Positions 1-12,311 of a stretch of DNA of 64,000 nucleotides are shown here, in pieces. Origin of the DNA: Dendrobates tinctorius (Eukaryota); contig NW_027361974.1 of the NCBI RefSeq assembly GCF_039654945.1, positions 1,302,001 through 1,366,000 of the forward strand, in the 5' to 3' direction. Made by a program: the position numbers and the translations under genes. Position 1 is the stretch's first letter, and the number at the start of each line of letters is the position of its first letter. The notes under the pieces are model-generated. The model was not told the origin of the DNA and did no database searches. It worked only from the letters and a program-made list of their open reading frames with translations.

Positions 1-1320
1 GACAGGGACCACCAGAAACAAGAGACCCCAGAGACAGGGACCATCAGAAACAAGGGACCCCAGAGACAGGGACCACCAGAAACAAGGCCCTCAGAGACAG
101 GGACCACCAGAAACAAGAGACCCCAGAGACAGGGACCACCAGAAACAAGAGACCCCAGAGACAGGGACCACCAGAAACAAGAGACCCCAGAGACAAGAGA
201 CCCCAGAGACAGTGCCACCAGAAACAAGGCCCTCAGAGACAGGGACCACCAGAAACAAGAGACCCCAGAAACAATGCCCTCAGAGACAGGGACCATCAGA
301 AACAAGGCCCTCAGAGACAGGGACCACCAGAAACAAGAGACCCCAGAGACAGTGCCACCAGAAACAAGGCCCTCAGAGACAGGGACCATCAGAAACAAGA
401 GACCCCAGAGACAGGGACCACCAGAAACAAGAGACCCCAGAGACAAGAGACCCCAGAGACAGTGCCACCAGAAACAAGCCTCTCAGAGACAGGGACCACC
501 AGAAACAAGAGACCCCAGAGACAGGGACCACCAGAAACAAGAGACCCCAGAGACAGTGCCACCAGAAACAAGGCCCTCAGAGACAGGGACCACCAGAAAC
601 AAGAGACCCCAGAGACAGGGACCACCAGAAACAAGAGACCCCAGAGACAGGGACCACCAGAAACAAGGGACCCCCCAGAAACAAGGACCCCCAGAGACAA
701 GAACCTCAGAAACAAGGAGCCCCCAGAAACAAGGACCCCCAGAGACAAGGACCTCAGAAACAAGGAGCCCCCAGAAACAAGGACCCCCAGAGACAAGGAC
801 CTCAGAAACAAAGGACCCCTGAGACAAGGACCCCAGAAACAAGGAACCCCCAGAGACAAGAACCTTAGAAACAAGGAGCCCCCAGAAACAAGGACCCCCA
901 GAGACAAGAACCTCAGAAACAAGGGACCCAGGAAACAAGGGACTCCGGAGAGAGAGACCACCAGAAACAAGGAACCCCGGGGACAAGGACCACTAGAAAC
1001 AAGGGACCCCAGAGACAAGGACCCCTAGAGACAGGGACCTCAGAAATAAGGAACCCCAGAGACAAGCACCCCGGAAACAGGGATCCCTGAGATAGGGACC
1101 CCCAGAGACAAGAACCCCGGAAACAGGGACCCCCAGAGACAAGGACCCTGGAGAGAGGGACCCCCAGAAACAAGGAACCCCCAGAGACCTGGACCTCAGA
1201 GACAGTGACCTCCAGAGACAAGGACCCCGGGGACTGGAAACCCTCAAGACAGGGACAATACCCACGGAAACAGGACCCCAGAGACAAGATCCCCCGGAGA
1301 CAGGGCCCAAGAGACGGAAA
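1..1320. repeat. Minisatellite, ~32-bp unit (GAGACAGGGACCACCAGAAACAAGAGACCCCA), degenerating 3'
   Basis: Tandem units visible directly; overlapping repetitive ORFs on both strands. Confidence 0.9.
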
Positions 1321-1335
1321 CTTAGCGATAATAAT

Positions 1336-3240
1336 GTGTCATCCACAGATCCCCCGTAACAGTGCGTCATCCACAGATCCCCATAACAGCGCGTCATCCA
1401 CAGATCCCCCATAAAAGCGCGTCATCCACAGATCCCCCGTAAAAGCGCGTCATCCACAGATCCCCCATAAAAGCGCGTCATCCACAGATCCCCGTAACAG
1501 CGCATCATCCACAGATCCCCCGTAACAGCGCGTCACCCACAGATCCTCCATAACAGCGCGTCATCCACAGATCCCCCATAACAGTGCGTCATCCACAGAT
1601 CCCCATAACAGTGCGTCATCCACAGATCCCCATAACAGTGCGTCATCCACAGATCCCCCATAACAGCGTGTCATCCACAGATCCCACATAACAGCGCGTC
1701 ATCCACAGATACCCCATAACAGTGCCTCACCCACAGATCCCCCATAACAGCGCATCATCCACAGATCCCCCATAACAGTGCATCATCCACAGATCCCCAT
1801 ATCAGTGCGTCATCAAACAGATCTCCCATAACAGTGTGTCATCTAGAGATCCCCCATAACAGTGCGTCATCCGCATATCCCCCATAACAGAGCATCACCC
1901 ACAGCTCCCACATAATGGAGCGTTATCCACAGATCCCCCATCATCCACAGATCCCCTGTAAGTAACAGCGCATCATCCACAGATCCACATAACAGAGCGT
2001 CATCCTCATATCCCCCGTAAAAGTGCGTCATCCACAGATCCCCCGTAACAGCGCATCATCCACAGATCCCCCGTAACAGCGCATCATCCACAGATCCCCC
2101 GTAACAGTGCGTCATCCACAGATCCCCCGTAAGTGCGTCATCCACAGATCCCCCCATAACAGAGCGTCATCCACAGATCCCCCGTAAGTGCGTCATCCAC
2201 AGATCCCCCGTAAGTGCGTCATCCACAGATCCCCCATAAAAGTGCGTCATCCACAGATCCCCCATTACAGCGCGTCGACAGATCCCCCGTAACAGTGCGT
2301 CATCCACAGATCCCCATAACAGTGCGTCACCCACAGATCCCCAATAACAGCGTGTCACCCACAGATCCCCCATAACGGTGCGTCATCCACAGATCCCCCG
2401 TAAGTGCGTCATCCACAGATCCCCCATAACAGAGCGTCATCCACAGATCCCCCATAACAGAGCGTCATCCACAGATCCCCCATAAAAGTGCGTCATCCAC
2501 AGATCCCCCATTACAGCACGTCGACAGATCCCCCCGTAACAGTGCGTCATCCACAGATCCCCCATAACAGTGCGTCACCCACAGATCCCCAATAACAGCG
2601 TGTCACCCACAGATCCCCCATAACGGTGTGTCATCCACAGATCCCCCATAACGGTGCCTCACCCACAGATCCCCCATAACGGTGCCAGATCCCCCATAGC
2701 AGCGTCACCCACAGATCCCCCATAACAGCGTCACCCACAGATCCTCCATAACGGAGCGTCACCCACAGCTCCCCCATAACGGAGCGTCACCCACAGATCC
2801 CCCATAACGGAGCGTCACCCACAGATCCCCCATAACAGCGTCACCCGCAGATCCCCCATAACAGCGTCACCCACAGATCCTCCATAACGGAGCGTCACCC
2901 ACAGCTCCCCCATAACAGAGCGTCATCCACAGATCCCCCATAACAGCTTCATCCACAAATCCCCCATAACAGTGCGTCACCCACAGATCCCCCATAACAG
3001 TGCGTCACCCACAGATCCCCCATAACGGTGTGTCATCCACAGATCCCCCATAACGGTGCCAGATCCCCCATAGCAGCGTCACCCGCAGATCCCCCATAAC
3101 AGCGTCACACGCAGATCCCCCATAACAGTGCGTCATCCACAGATCCCCCATAACAGCTTCATCCACAAATCCCCCATAATGACACGTCACCCACAGCTCC
3201 CCCATAACGGAGCGTCATCCCCTGACCCCCCATAACAGTG
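1336..3240. repeat. Minisatellite, ~28-bp unit (CGTCATCCACAGATCCCCCATAACAGTG)
   Basis: Tandem units visible directly. Confidence 0.92.
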
Positions 3241-3248
3241 TTGTGTGA

Positions 3249-3472
3249 TGATTGGCTGGTGTTGAGCATTGGTGACTGTACAATCTGCTCCCTGATCTCA
3301 GGCTCTGGCTGTGCAGGTTTCTATGTAACAGCCTCATAAATGGATCCCTGATGCGGAATCTCTGGAGTCTCCGCGATCTGCTGGTGATGTCTGCAGAGTA
3401 GATGAGCGCGGTGACGTCACACGCAGACGGTAACGGGGGAGGCTCAAGCGGGCTGTGTCGGGTGTCAGCAGG
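3249..3472 (+). promoter_or_regulatory. PDCD5 proximal promoter / 5' UTR
   Basis: Reverse CCAAT (ATTGG, 3251), palindromic CRE TGACGTCA 3412-3419, CpG-rich, directly upstream of ATG 3473. Confidence 0.5.
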
Positions 3473-3538
3473 ATGGCGGACCCGGAGCTGGAAGCGATCA
3501 GGAAGCAGCGGCTGGCGGAGCTACAGGGCCGGCAAGGG
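3473..3538 (+). CDS. PDCD5: PDCD5 exon 1 (coding)
   Basis: ATG...GGG|gtgagg. Confidence 0.93.
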
Positions 3539-6500
3539 GTGAGGGACGCCGGCATCACTGTGCGTGAGGGGCGGGAGCAGCGAGGGGGTCAGTTTGCGCC
3601 CCCAATCCATGTGTGTGATGCCCACCCGTGTATGTCCCCCCCTCCTCGTGTGTCCCTCCGCCGTCCCCCCCTCCTCCTCGTGTGTGTGTGTGTGTGTGTG
3701 TCCCTCCGCCGTCCCCCCTCCTCCTCGTGTGTGTCCCTCCGCCGTCCCCCCCTCCTCCTCGTGTGTGTCCCTCCGCCGTCCCCCCCTCCTCCTCGTGTGT
3801 GTCCCTCCGCCGTCCCCCCCTCCTCCTCGTGTGTGTCCCTCCGCCGTCCCCCCCCTCCTCCTCGTGTGTGTCCCTCCGCCGTCCCCCCCCTCCTCCTCGT
3901 GTGTGTCCCTCCGCCGTCCCCCCCCTCCTCCTCGTGTGTGTGTTCCTCCGCCGTCCCCCCCTCCTCCTCGTGTGTGTGTGTCCCTCCGCCGTCCCCCCTC
4001 CTCCTCGTGTGTGTGTGTCCCTCCGCCGTCCCCCCCTCCTCCTCGTGTGTGTGTGTCTCTCCGCCGTCCCCCCCTCCTCCTCGTGTGTGTGTCTCTCCGC
4101 CGTCCCCCCCTCCTCCTCGTGTGTGTGTCCCTCCGCCGTCCCCCCCTCCTCCTCGTGTGTGTGTCCCTCCGCCGTCCCCCCCTCCTCCTCGTGTGTGTGT
4201 CCCTCCGCCGTCCCCCCCTCCTCCTCGTGTGTGTGTCCCTCCGCCGTCCCCCCCTCCTCCTCGTGTGTGTGTCCCTCCGCCGTCCCCCCCTCCTCCTCGT
4301 GTGTGTGTCCCTCCGCCGTCCCCCCCTCCTCCTCGTGTGTGTGTCCCTCCGCCGTCCCCCCCTCCTCCTCGTGTGTGTGTCCCTCCGCCGTCCCCCCCTC
4401 CTCCTCGTGTGTGTGTCCCTCCGCCGTCCCCCCCTCCTCCTCGTGTGTGTGTCCCTCCGCCGTCCCCCCCTCCTCCTCGTGTGTGTCCCTCCGCCGTCCC
4501 CCCCCCTCCTCGTGTGTGTCCCTCCGCCGTCCCCCCCCTCCTCCTCGTGTGTGTCTCTCCGCCGTCCCCCCCTCCTCCTCGTGTGTGTCTCTCCGCCGTC
4601 CCCCCTCCTCCTCGTGTGTGTCTCTCCGCCGTCCCCCCCTCCTCCTCGTGTGTGTGTCTCTCCGCCGTCCCCCCCTCCTCCTCGTGTGTGTGTCTCTCCG
4701 CCGTCCCCCCCTCCTCCTCGTGTGTGTGTCTCTCCGCCGTCCCCCCCTCCTCCTCGTGTGTGTGTCTCTCCGCCGTCCCCCCCTCCTCCTCGTGTGTGTG
4801 TCTCTCCGCCGTCCCCCCCTCCTCCTCGTGTGTGTGTCTCTCCGCCGTCCCCCCCTCCTCCTCGTGTGTGTGTCTCTCCGCCGTCCCCCCACCTCCTCGT
4901 GTGTGTGTCTCTCCGCCGTCCCCCCCTCCTCCTCGTGTGTGTGTCTCTCCGCCGTCCCCCCCTCCTCCTCGTGTGTGTGTCTCTCCGCCGTCCCCCCCTC
5001 CTCCTCGTGTGTGTGTCTCTCCGCCGTCCCCCCCTCCTCCTCGTGTGTGTGTCTCTCCGCCGTCCCCCCCTCCTCCTCGTGTGTGTGTCTCTCCGCCGTC
5101 CCCCCCTCCTCCTCGTGTGTGTGTCTCTCCGCCGTCCCCCCCTCCTCCTCGTGTGTGTGTCTCTCCGCCGTCCCCCCCTCCTCCTCGTGTGTGTGTCTCT
5201 CCGCCGTCCCCCCCTCCTCCTCGTGTGTGTGTCTCTCCGCCGTCCCCCCCTCCTCCTCGTGTGTGTGTCTCTCCGCCGTCCCCCCCTCCTCCTCGTGTGT
5301 GTGTCTCTCCGCCGTCCCCCCCTCCTCCTCGTGTGTGTCCCTCCGCCGTCCCCCCCTCCTCCTCGTGTGTGTGTCTCTCCGCCGTCCCCCCCTCCTCCTC
5401 GTGTGTGTGTCTCTCCGCCGTCCCCCCCCCTCCTCCTCGTGTGTGTGTCTCTCCGCCGTCCCCCCCCTCCTCCTCGTGTGTGTGTCTCTCCGCCGTCCCC
5501 CCCCCTCCTCGTGTGTGTGTCTCTCCGCCGTCCCCCCCTCCTCCTCGTGTGTGTGTCTCTCCGCCGTCCCCCCCTCCTCCTCGTGTGTGTGTCTCTCCGC
5601 CGTCCCCCCCTCCTCCTCGTGTGTGTGTCTCTCCGCCGTCCCCCCCTCCTCCTCGTGTGTGTGTCTCTCCGCCGTCCCCCCCTCCTCCTCGTGTGTGTGT
5701 CTCTCCGCCGTCCCCCCCTCCTCCTCGTGTGTGTGTCTCTCCGCCGTCCCCCCCTCCTCCTCGTGTGTGTGTCTCTCCGCCGTCCCCCCCCCTCCTCCTC
5801 GTGTGTGTGTCTCTCCGCCGTCCCCCCCTCCTCCTCGTGTGTGTGTCTCTCCGCCGTCCCCCCCTCCTCCTCGTGTGTGTGTCTCTCCGCCGTCCCCCCC
5901 TCCTCCTCGTGTGTGTGTGTCTCTCCGCCGTCCCCCCCTCCTCCTCGTGTGTGTGTCTCTCCGCCGTCCCCCCCTCCTCCTCGTGTGTGTGTCTCTCCGC
6001 CGTCCCCCCCTTCTCCTCGTGTGTGTGTGTCTCTCCGCCGTCCCCCCCTCCTCCTCGTGTGTGTGTGTCTCTCCGCCGTCCCCCCCTCCTCCTCGTGTGT
6101 GTGTGTGTGTGTGTCTCTCCGCCGTCCCCCCCCTCCTCGTGTGTGTCTCTCCGCCGTCCCCCCCCCCTCCTCGTGTGTGTGTCTCTCCGCCGTCCCCCCC
6201 CCTCCTCCTCGTGTGTGTGTCTCTCCGCCGTCCCCCCCCCCTCCTCCTCGTGTGTGTGTGTCCCTCCGCCGTCCCCCCCTCCTCGTGTGTGTGTCCCTCC
6301 GCCGTCCCCCCTCCCCCACATCTGCTAGTTGTACAGTGTCCCGCTGTCTGTCGCTGACACATGTTGTCTTTCTGTCCTCAGGACGGGGGGAGCGAGCAGG
6401 CTCAGCAAGAGGCCAAACAGAGGTAATATCACCTGGAGGTACCTCAGCCCCCAGCAGGAGTCTGTGCCCCCGCAGCAGTGTTGTTGGCCGCTGCCATTGG

Positions 6501-7805
6501 TCTCTTTTTTCCCTCTTCCGTTAGATGAGCGGTCTTGAGCTCGTTGATTTCGATGGGGTCGGCCGACCGTGGACCATGTCCTGGGCTGCCCACATTGGCT
6601 GCAGACCCCTCCTGGGATAAGCCCCCGGAAAATGAGCCTCACAGCGGCTAGTGAGAGCATGGGCCCTGGACAGGAGCGGTGCTGCCCGGTCATTAGATGT
6701 GGCCGCGTTCAGACTGAGCCTTGCTGGGGGCTCTGGGCTGCGGACCCTCTAACCTTCTGCTCTCATTACAGGGAGGATGAAATGAGGAACAGCATCTTAT
6801 CTCAGGTCCTGAGCCAGGCTGCCCGGGCCAGACGTGAGTATCCCCCCGCTCAGGGATTGTGGTGGTCCCGGGGGGAGGGGCAGTTACCATGGGAAGTAAA
6901 TGGAGTAAAATAATGAAACTTTTTTTCCCCCCCCAGTGAATAATTTGGCGCTAGTGAAGCCGGAAAAAGCCAAAGCTGTGGAGAACTACCTGATCCAGAT
7001 GGCGAGATTTGGGCAACTAGGTGGCAAGGCGAGTGTCTGCTGATCCCACACGGTACTACAACCCCCAAGCTCCGTCCACGGCTGGGGGTGCATGGAACTT
7101 TCATCTGATCAGCGCTTTTACTATTTGTGAAAACATAGAAACCATCAACAAGCAGGGGGTGTCTGCAATGTATTGGCCCCCCGGTAACGCCCTCTCCTTC
7201 CTTTCCTCAGCTCTCTGAACAAGGACTAATAGAAATTTTGGAGAAGGTCAGTCAGCAGACAGAAAAGAAGACGACGGTGACGGTAAGAGGTGGCAGGGTT
7301 GTGGGTGCAAGTGTGTATATGTGTGTGTGTATAAATTTTTTTTTTTTTCTTGGAGGTAGGTTACTAGTAGTATAAAGTATGGTGGTCAGACATCCTGAGT
7401 GGTCTTTCTAATGGAAGGATATTACATAGTTCACAGGCGCTGCGGTGTTATTTTCACATTGCAAAAAAAAAACCCAGTGAAGACCCCCGTAGCTGCCCCT
7501 CCACCATTTCTTTAATTCTTAAGCTATGGCAAAACTGAAACCCTTTGCAGATGACGTTATCCATACTTTCTGGCCGCAGGGCGAGAGTACCACCACTTAA
7601 CTCCCGGCCGCTGCAGCTCTTCTTTTTGATGGTTGGTTCTCAGAGCTCTCGTCTCACGGCCGATGGATCGATCGGCACCAGTTGTCTTTCCGCCGTGCCC
7701 CGCGATCAGGTTTTGGCAATGTCGCCGCCTTTCTGAGATCATTTGCTTCTTTTCTTGCAGTTTAACAGAAGGCGAGTGATGGACTCTGACGAGGACGATG
7801 ACTGA
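3473..7805 (+). CDS. PDCD5: Programmed cell death protein 5, whole gene span (6 exons, 378 nt CDS, 125 aa)
   Basis: Spliced product [125 protein letters not shown]; matches vertebrate PDCD5; synteny with ANKRD27/RGS9BP. Confidence 0.96.
3633..6317. repeat. Minisatellite, ~36-bp unit (GTGTGTGTGTCYCTCCGCCGTCCCCCCCTCCTCCTC), filling PDCD5 intron 1
   Basis: Tandem units; nearly A-free on the + strand. Confidence 0.95.
6382..6422 (+). CDS. PDCD5: PDCD5 exon 2
   Basis: ctcag|GAC...CAG AG|gtaata; [13 protein letters not shown]. Confidence 0.92.
6772..6833 (+). CDS. PDCD5: PDCD5 exon 3
   Basis: tacag|G...AGA C|gtgagt; [20 protein letters not shown]. Confidence 0.93.
6937..7028 (+). CDS. PDCD5: PDCD5 exon 4 (GC donor)
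   Basis: cccag|TG AAT...GGC AAG|gcgagt; [30 protein letters not shown]. Confidence 0.9.
7211..7282 (+). CDS. PDCD5: PDCD5 exon 5
   Basis: ctcag|CTC...ACG|gtaaga; [24 protein letters not shown]. Confidence 0.93.
7761..7805 (+). CDS. PDCD5: PDCD5 exon 6 (coding part)
   Basis: tgcag|TTT...GAC TGA; [14 protein letters not shown]. Confidence 0.93.
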   Translation, partial: FNRRRVMDSDEDDD

Positions 7806-8113
7806 GGCTCGGCCCCCACCCTGCACCCCGAGCACTTGCTTTACATTTTTCCTCACTGAGGGTCTCGTAGTCCTGGGGTTTTTTTGGTTATTTTTTTTGT
7901 CAAATAATTGAGCAGCCGCCTCCAGTAAGGACGGACCACGCTGCGTGATAACGGCAGCATCTGATGTTACACCCCACCGTTCCTCAATTATTACCCCCCG
8001 CCCCTTTTAAACTTCTAAATTATTTGGACACTTCAATCACCTGAAACTTTTTGTACCATGAGGGGGTGGATATGTCTGTGACCGGCGGGTCATGGTTTTC
8101 TCCTGATGTGAAG

Positions 8114-8119
8114 AATAAA
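8114..8119 (+). terminator. Putative PDCD5 polyadenylation signal
   Basis: First AATAAA after the stop, followed by T/GT-rich sequence. Confidence 0.65.
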
Positions 8120-8166
8120 GTTCTTTTGTGCTGTACATCTATGGTGGAGTGCTATATTAACAATCA

Positions 8167-8337
8167 GGCCAGGATCACACATGTGAGAAACACGGCCGAG
8201 TCTCGTCTATAAATACCCGGCACTGCGGCTCCAGGCATTGCCGTGCAGTCACACGCTCCTGAGTCCCAGCGGCAGTGCCGGGTATTCACATGCGAGACTC
8301 GGCCGTGTTTCTCGCATGTGTGACCCCCCCCCCAGCC
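8167..8337. mobile_element. Hairpin MITE (PIF/Harbinger-like)
   Basis: Long inverted arms TCACACATGTGAGAAACACGGCCGAGTCTCG / CGAGACTCGGCCGTGTTTCTCGCATGTGTGA; flanked by TCA/TAA. Confidence 0.65.
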
Positions 8338-11300
8338 TAAAAGTGTACCTTCATCACCATCGTTTAAGCGCCTAAAGTAGGAACAATGACCACAGTTCAC
8401 AATTCATCTGCAGAACAATGCCTCGCCATGGTAACAGACAACAAACAAGCCCGGTGTAGTCTGACCTCATTTTCTTGGTATTTGAGGTGGAGAACAGATG
8501 GGAATATTACTGGTGGGGGTAATCAGACTACATGGGGTTTGCAGTCTGTTACCATAGAGACATAGGTCTCTAAGAGCTGTATATACCAAACGGTAGAGCT
8601 TAACCCCTTTCTGACATTTGATGTAAGAGTACGCTGATGTCGGATTCCCCCTGTTTAGGTGCTGGCTCCAGCGCCGAGTCTGCACCTTCCTGGGCACATA
8701 TCAGCTAATCTATACAGCTGATGTTTGCATGCCACAGCTGTGGGTGATATCACAATCCACCCACAGCTGTAAAATTCTGCTGTCAGTTTGACAACGGCAT
8801 TTAACTCGCGCTTACCGGAAGCGTGTCACTAATCTTGCCCATCGGTGACCCCTGTCACATTAACGCAGGTCACCATGACAACCAGAGGGCTCCAGCAGAC
8901 TTATGGTTGTGATTGTCGGATTGCTTTGAGCGCCACCCCGTGGTGGTGTTTAACCCCTTTCTGCCAGCAGACGTACTATCCCGTCCATGTGCCCTGGGAC
9001 TTAATTCCCAGGGACGGGATAGTACGTCATAGCGATCAGCTGCGCCCACGTGGTGAGCGCCGCTGATCGCGGCCGGGTGTCAGCTGATTATCACAGCTGA
9101 CACCTGGCACAATGTGTCAGGGGCGGTGACGGACCGCCCCCGACACGTTAACCCCTTGTACACCACAATCAAACACGATCGCAGTGTACCGGGGGTTAAA
9201 GGGAAGCATCGGCAGGGAGGTGGTTCCCTCCTTTCTTCCCTAAGCCCCCCATGGCAGCGCAATGTGCAACGCTGCTGCGGGGGGCTCTTTCCCTACAGGC
9301 CCCCGAATCCAAGATGGCGACGGGGGCCTGTAGGGAGCTGACTTCCTCACTGCCTGCAAAGCGCAGGCATGAGAGAGTCTGCAGCAGTGCCTGTGACAGA
9401 TCGCTGATCTGTCACAGGACAGTGATGTCCCACCTGGTACAATGCAATAAAGTTTAAAAAAAAAAAGTGTAAAAATAATTTAACCCCTTTCTGACATCAG
9501 ACTTACTATCCCGTCCATGGGACACGGGCCCCTATGCCCATGGACGGGATAGTACGTCTAGCGCGATCAGCGGCGTCCACGTGGTGAGCGCCGCTGATCG
9601 CGGCCGGGTGTCAGCTGATTATCACAGCTGACACCAGGCACAATGTGTCAGGGGCGGTCACGGACAAACATGATCGCGGTGTACCGGGGGTTAAAGGGAA
9701 GCATCGGCAGGGAGGGGGCTCCCTCCGTGCTTCAGTGAGCCCCCCACGGCAGCGCAATGTGCAGCGCTGCAGCGGGGGGCTCCTTTCCTGCAGGCCCCCG
9801 AATCCAAGATGGCGACGGGGGCCTGCAGGGAGCTGGCTTCCTCAGTGCCTGCAAAGCGCAGGCATGAGGAAGTCTGCAGTAGTGTCTGTGACAGGTCGCT
9901 GATCTGTCACAGTGATCTGTGATGTGACAGATCAGCGATCTGTCACAGGACAGTGATGTCCCACCTGGGACTATGTAATAAAGTTAAAAAAAAAAAAAAA
10001 GTGTTAAAATAATTTTTAAAAAATCGCCAAATTAGAAAAAAAAAAATAAAAGTACACATATTAGGTATCACCGCGTCCGTAACGACCCGCCCTATAAAAC
10101 TGTCCCATTAGTTAACCCCTTTAGCGAACCCTTAAAAAATAAAAATAAACTAAGCAAAAAATAATTTATCATACCGCCAAACAAAAAGTGCAATAACGCG
10201 CGATCAAAAAGGCGCATATAAATATCCATGGTATCGCTGAAAACGTCATCTTGTCCCGCAAAAAACGAGCCGCCACACAGCATCATCAGCGAAAAAATAA
10301 AATAGTTATAGCTCGCAGAATAAAGCGATGCAAAAATAATTATTTTTTATATAAAATAGTTTTCATTGCATAAAACCGACAAAACATAAAAAAACGACCT
10401 AAATGAGGTATCGCTGTAACCGTACCGACCCGAAGAATAAAACCGCCTTATCAATTTTACTGCCCGCGGAACGGTGTAAACGCACTCCCCCAAAAGAAAT
10501 TCATGAAACGCTGGTTTTTGTTCATTCTGCGTCCCAAAAATCGGAATAAAAAGTGATCAAAAAATGTCACGTGCCCCAAAATGGTAGCAATAAAAACATC
10601 AACTCGTCCCGCAAAAAATAAGACCTCACTTGACTCGGTGGGTCAAAATACGGAAAAATTATAGCTCTCAATATGTGGTGATGCAAAAACTATTTTTACA
10701 ATAAAAAGCGTCTTTTAGCGTGTGACAGCTGCCAAACATAAAAACCCACATAAATAGTAAATCAAACCCCCCGTTATCACCCCCTTAGTTAGGGAAAAAT
10801 AATAAAATTAAAAGAAAATGTATTTATTTCCATTTTCCCATTAGGGTTAGGGGTGTGTTGGGGTTAGGGTTGGAGTTATAATTGGGGGGTTTCCACTGTT
10901 TGGGCACATCAGGGGCTCTCCAAACGTGACATGGTGTCTGATCTCAATTCCAGCCAGTTCTGAGTTGAAAAAGTCAAATGGTGCTCCTTCCCTTCCAAGC
11001 TCTGCCATGCGCCCAAACAGTGTTTCTCGTTCGCCTTATTGGGGGACACAGAGACCATGGGTGTATGCTGCTGCCACTAGGAGGCTGACACTATGCACAA
11101 AAAAAGGTTAGCTCCTCCTCCGCAGTGTACACCCCACCGACCGGCAGGAAGTTCCTCAGTTTAGCTTAGTGTCAGTAGGAAGTGGACACGGGTCTTTTAT
11201 TAGACCCCTATCTACCTCGTCGTGCATCGTTCCTTTACAGGTTTCGGAGGGATACGGAGTGAACAGTCACATCCGTACTCCCACAAAGAGACTATGAGTA

Positions 11301-12311
11301 CGGCGTGTACTGCCACCCCGTATCCTCATAGGTCTCCGCGGCAGGACCAGGAGCCTCGCACAGGTGCGTGCCAGCTTCACGGACGGTCCTTGCCCCCCGC
11401 CTCCCACCATCTCGCCTACCAGAGTCTGAAGGTTGGACGAGGCGTGGATTCCATAAAGACGACAGACAGCGTGGGATTCTCAGGTACCTTTATTGTGGCC
11501 CCCGGCCTGGGTGAGTATGCGGTCTAGCGGTCCCCCGGCGTTTTCATCCTAAGGCGGTCGCCAGGGGACCACGGTAGGGCCTGCGCGCCCGCTTCTCCCC
11601 ACGGTCGCCGCATCCATGAAGGCCCCTGTTCTTTCGGGCCTTGTTCTGCACCACCCAACCCCCCGCCCTTCATCACGGCAGGGGTAAACAGGGGTTGGGC
11701 TGTGGGAAGCAGGGACGCGGCCCGGGGTTGCGGCCCGGTGTTGCGGCGCGTTTTCCGCGCCGACCCCTTGCTGACAGGCGGCCGGCGCTATTAATTTAGG
11801 ACCCGGCTTCATCTCGGGCCTACCGCTGCGTCGCGGCCACGCCCCCTGCCCCTTTCTTCTAAGCGGGCTTCTCTCCCGCCCGTCCTAGGCCTTCCCAGCC
11901 CCCTTGCCTCACACCAGCCTGCTATTGGACAGCGGGCGGTGCTAAGGGGATCTCTGCAGCGAGCTCCGCCCTTCTCCCTCTGGCAGCGCGCCCTTTCCTT
12001 GGTGGTCGCCATCTTTCAGCCTGCCAGCCGGACCTCATTCCCTGCCGGATTTCGGTCGCTGGGCCTTTTTTCAGCCAGATTGGCCTGGCCTCATGCTGCA
12101 GCCAGATCAGAGAGCGTCGCCCTTGGGGACACCGGACCGTGAGTAGCTCTGCACCTGCAGACTGACACCCTTCTCTGCCTTCTGTCCCCAAACCGGCCGG
12201 CACTGCCTCTCTTTTCACTATGTCCAACGCTAAGTCTGATCGTACCCGCTCTGCGTCCAGCCCGACGCCGCTCAGGAGCCATCCATAGCCCCAGGGGCGA
12301 GTGAGCCCCCC

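Noticed and set aside
212-1414. Overlapping Gln/Pro/Arg-rich ORFs
   Set aside because: Translations of the 32-bp minisatellite
3455-6524. Six 900-990-aa ORFs on both strands (Pro/Cys-rich, extensin-like)
   Set aside because: By-product of a 36-bp repeat lacking A on one strand, so no stops can form; only 3473-3538 is real (PDCD5 exon 1)
7021-7026. Canonical GT donor (G|gtggca) for PDCD5 exon 4
   Set aside because: Would be phase 1 and shift exon 5 out of frame; weaker consensus than AAG|GCGAGT
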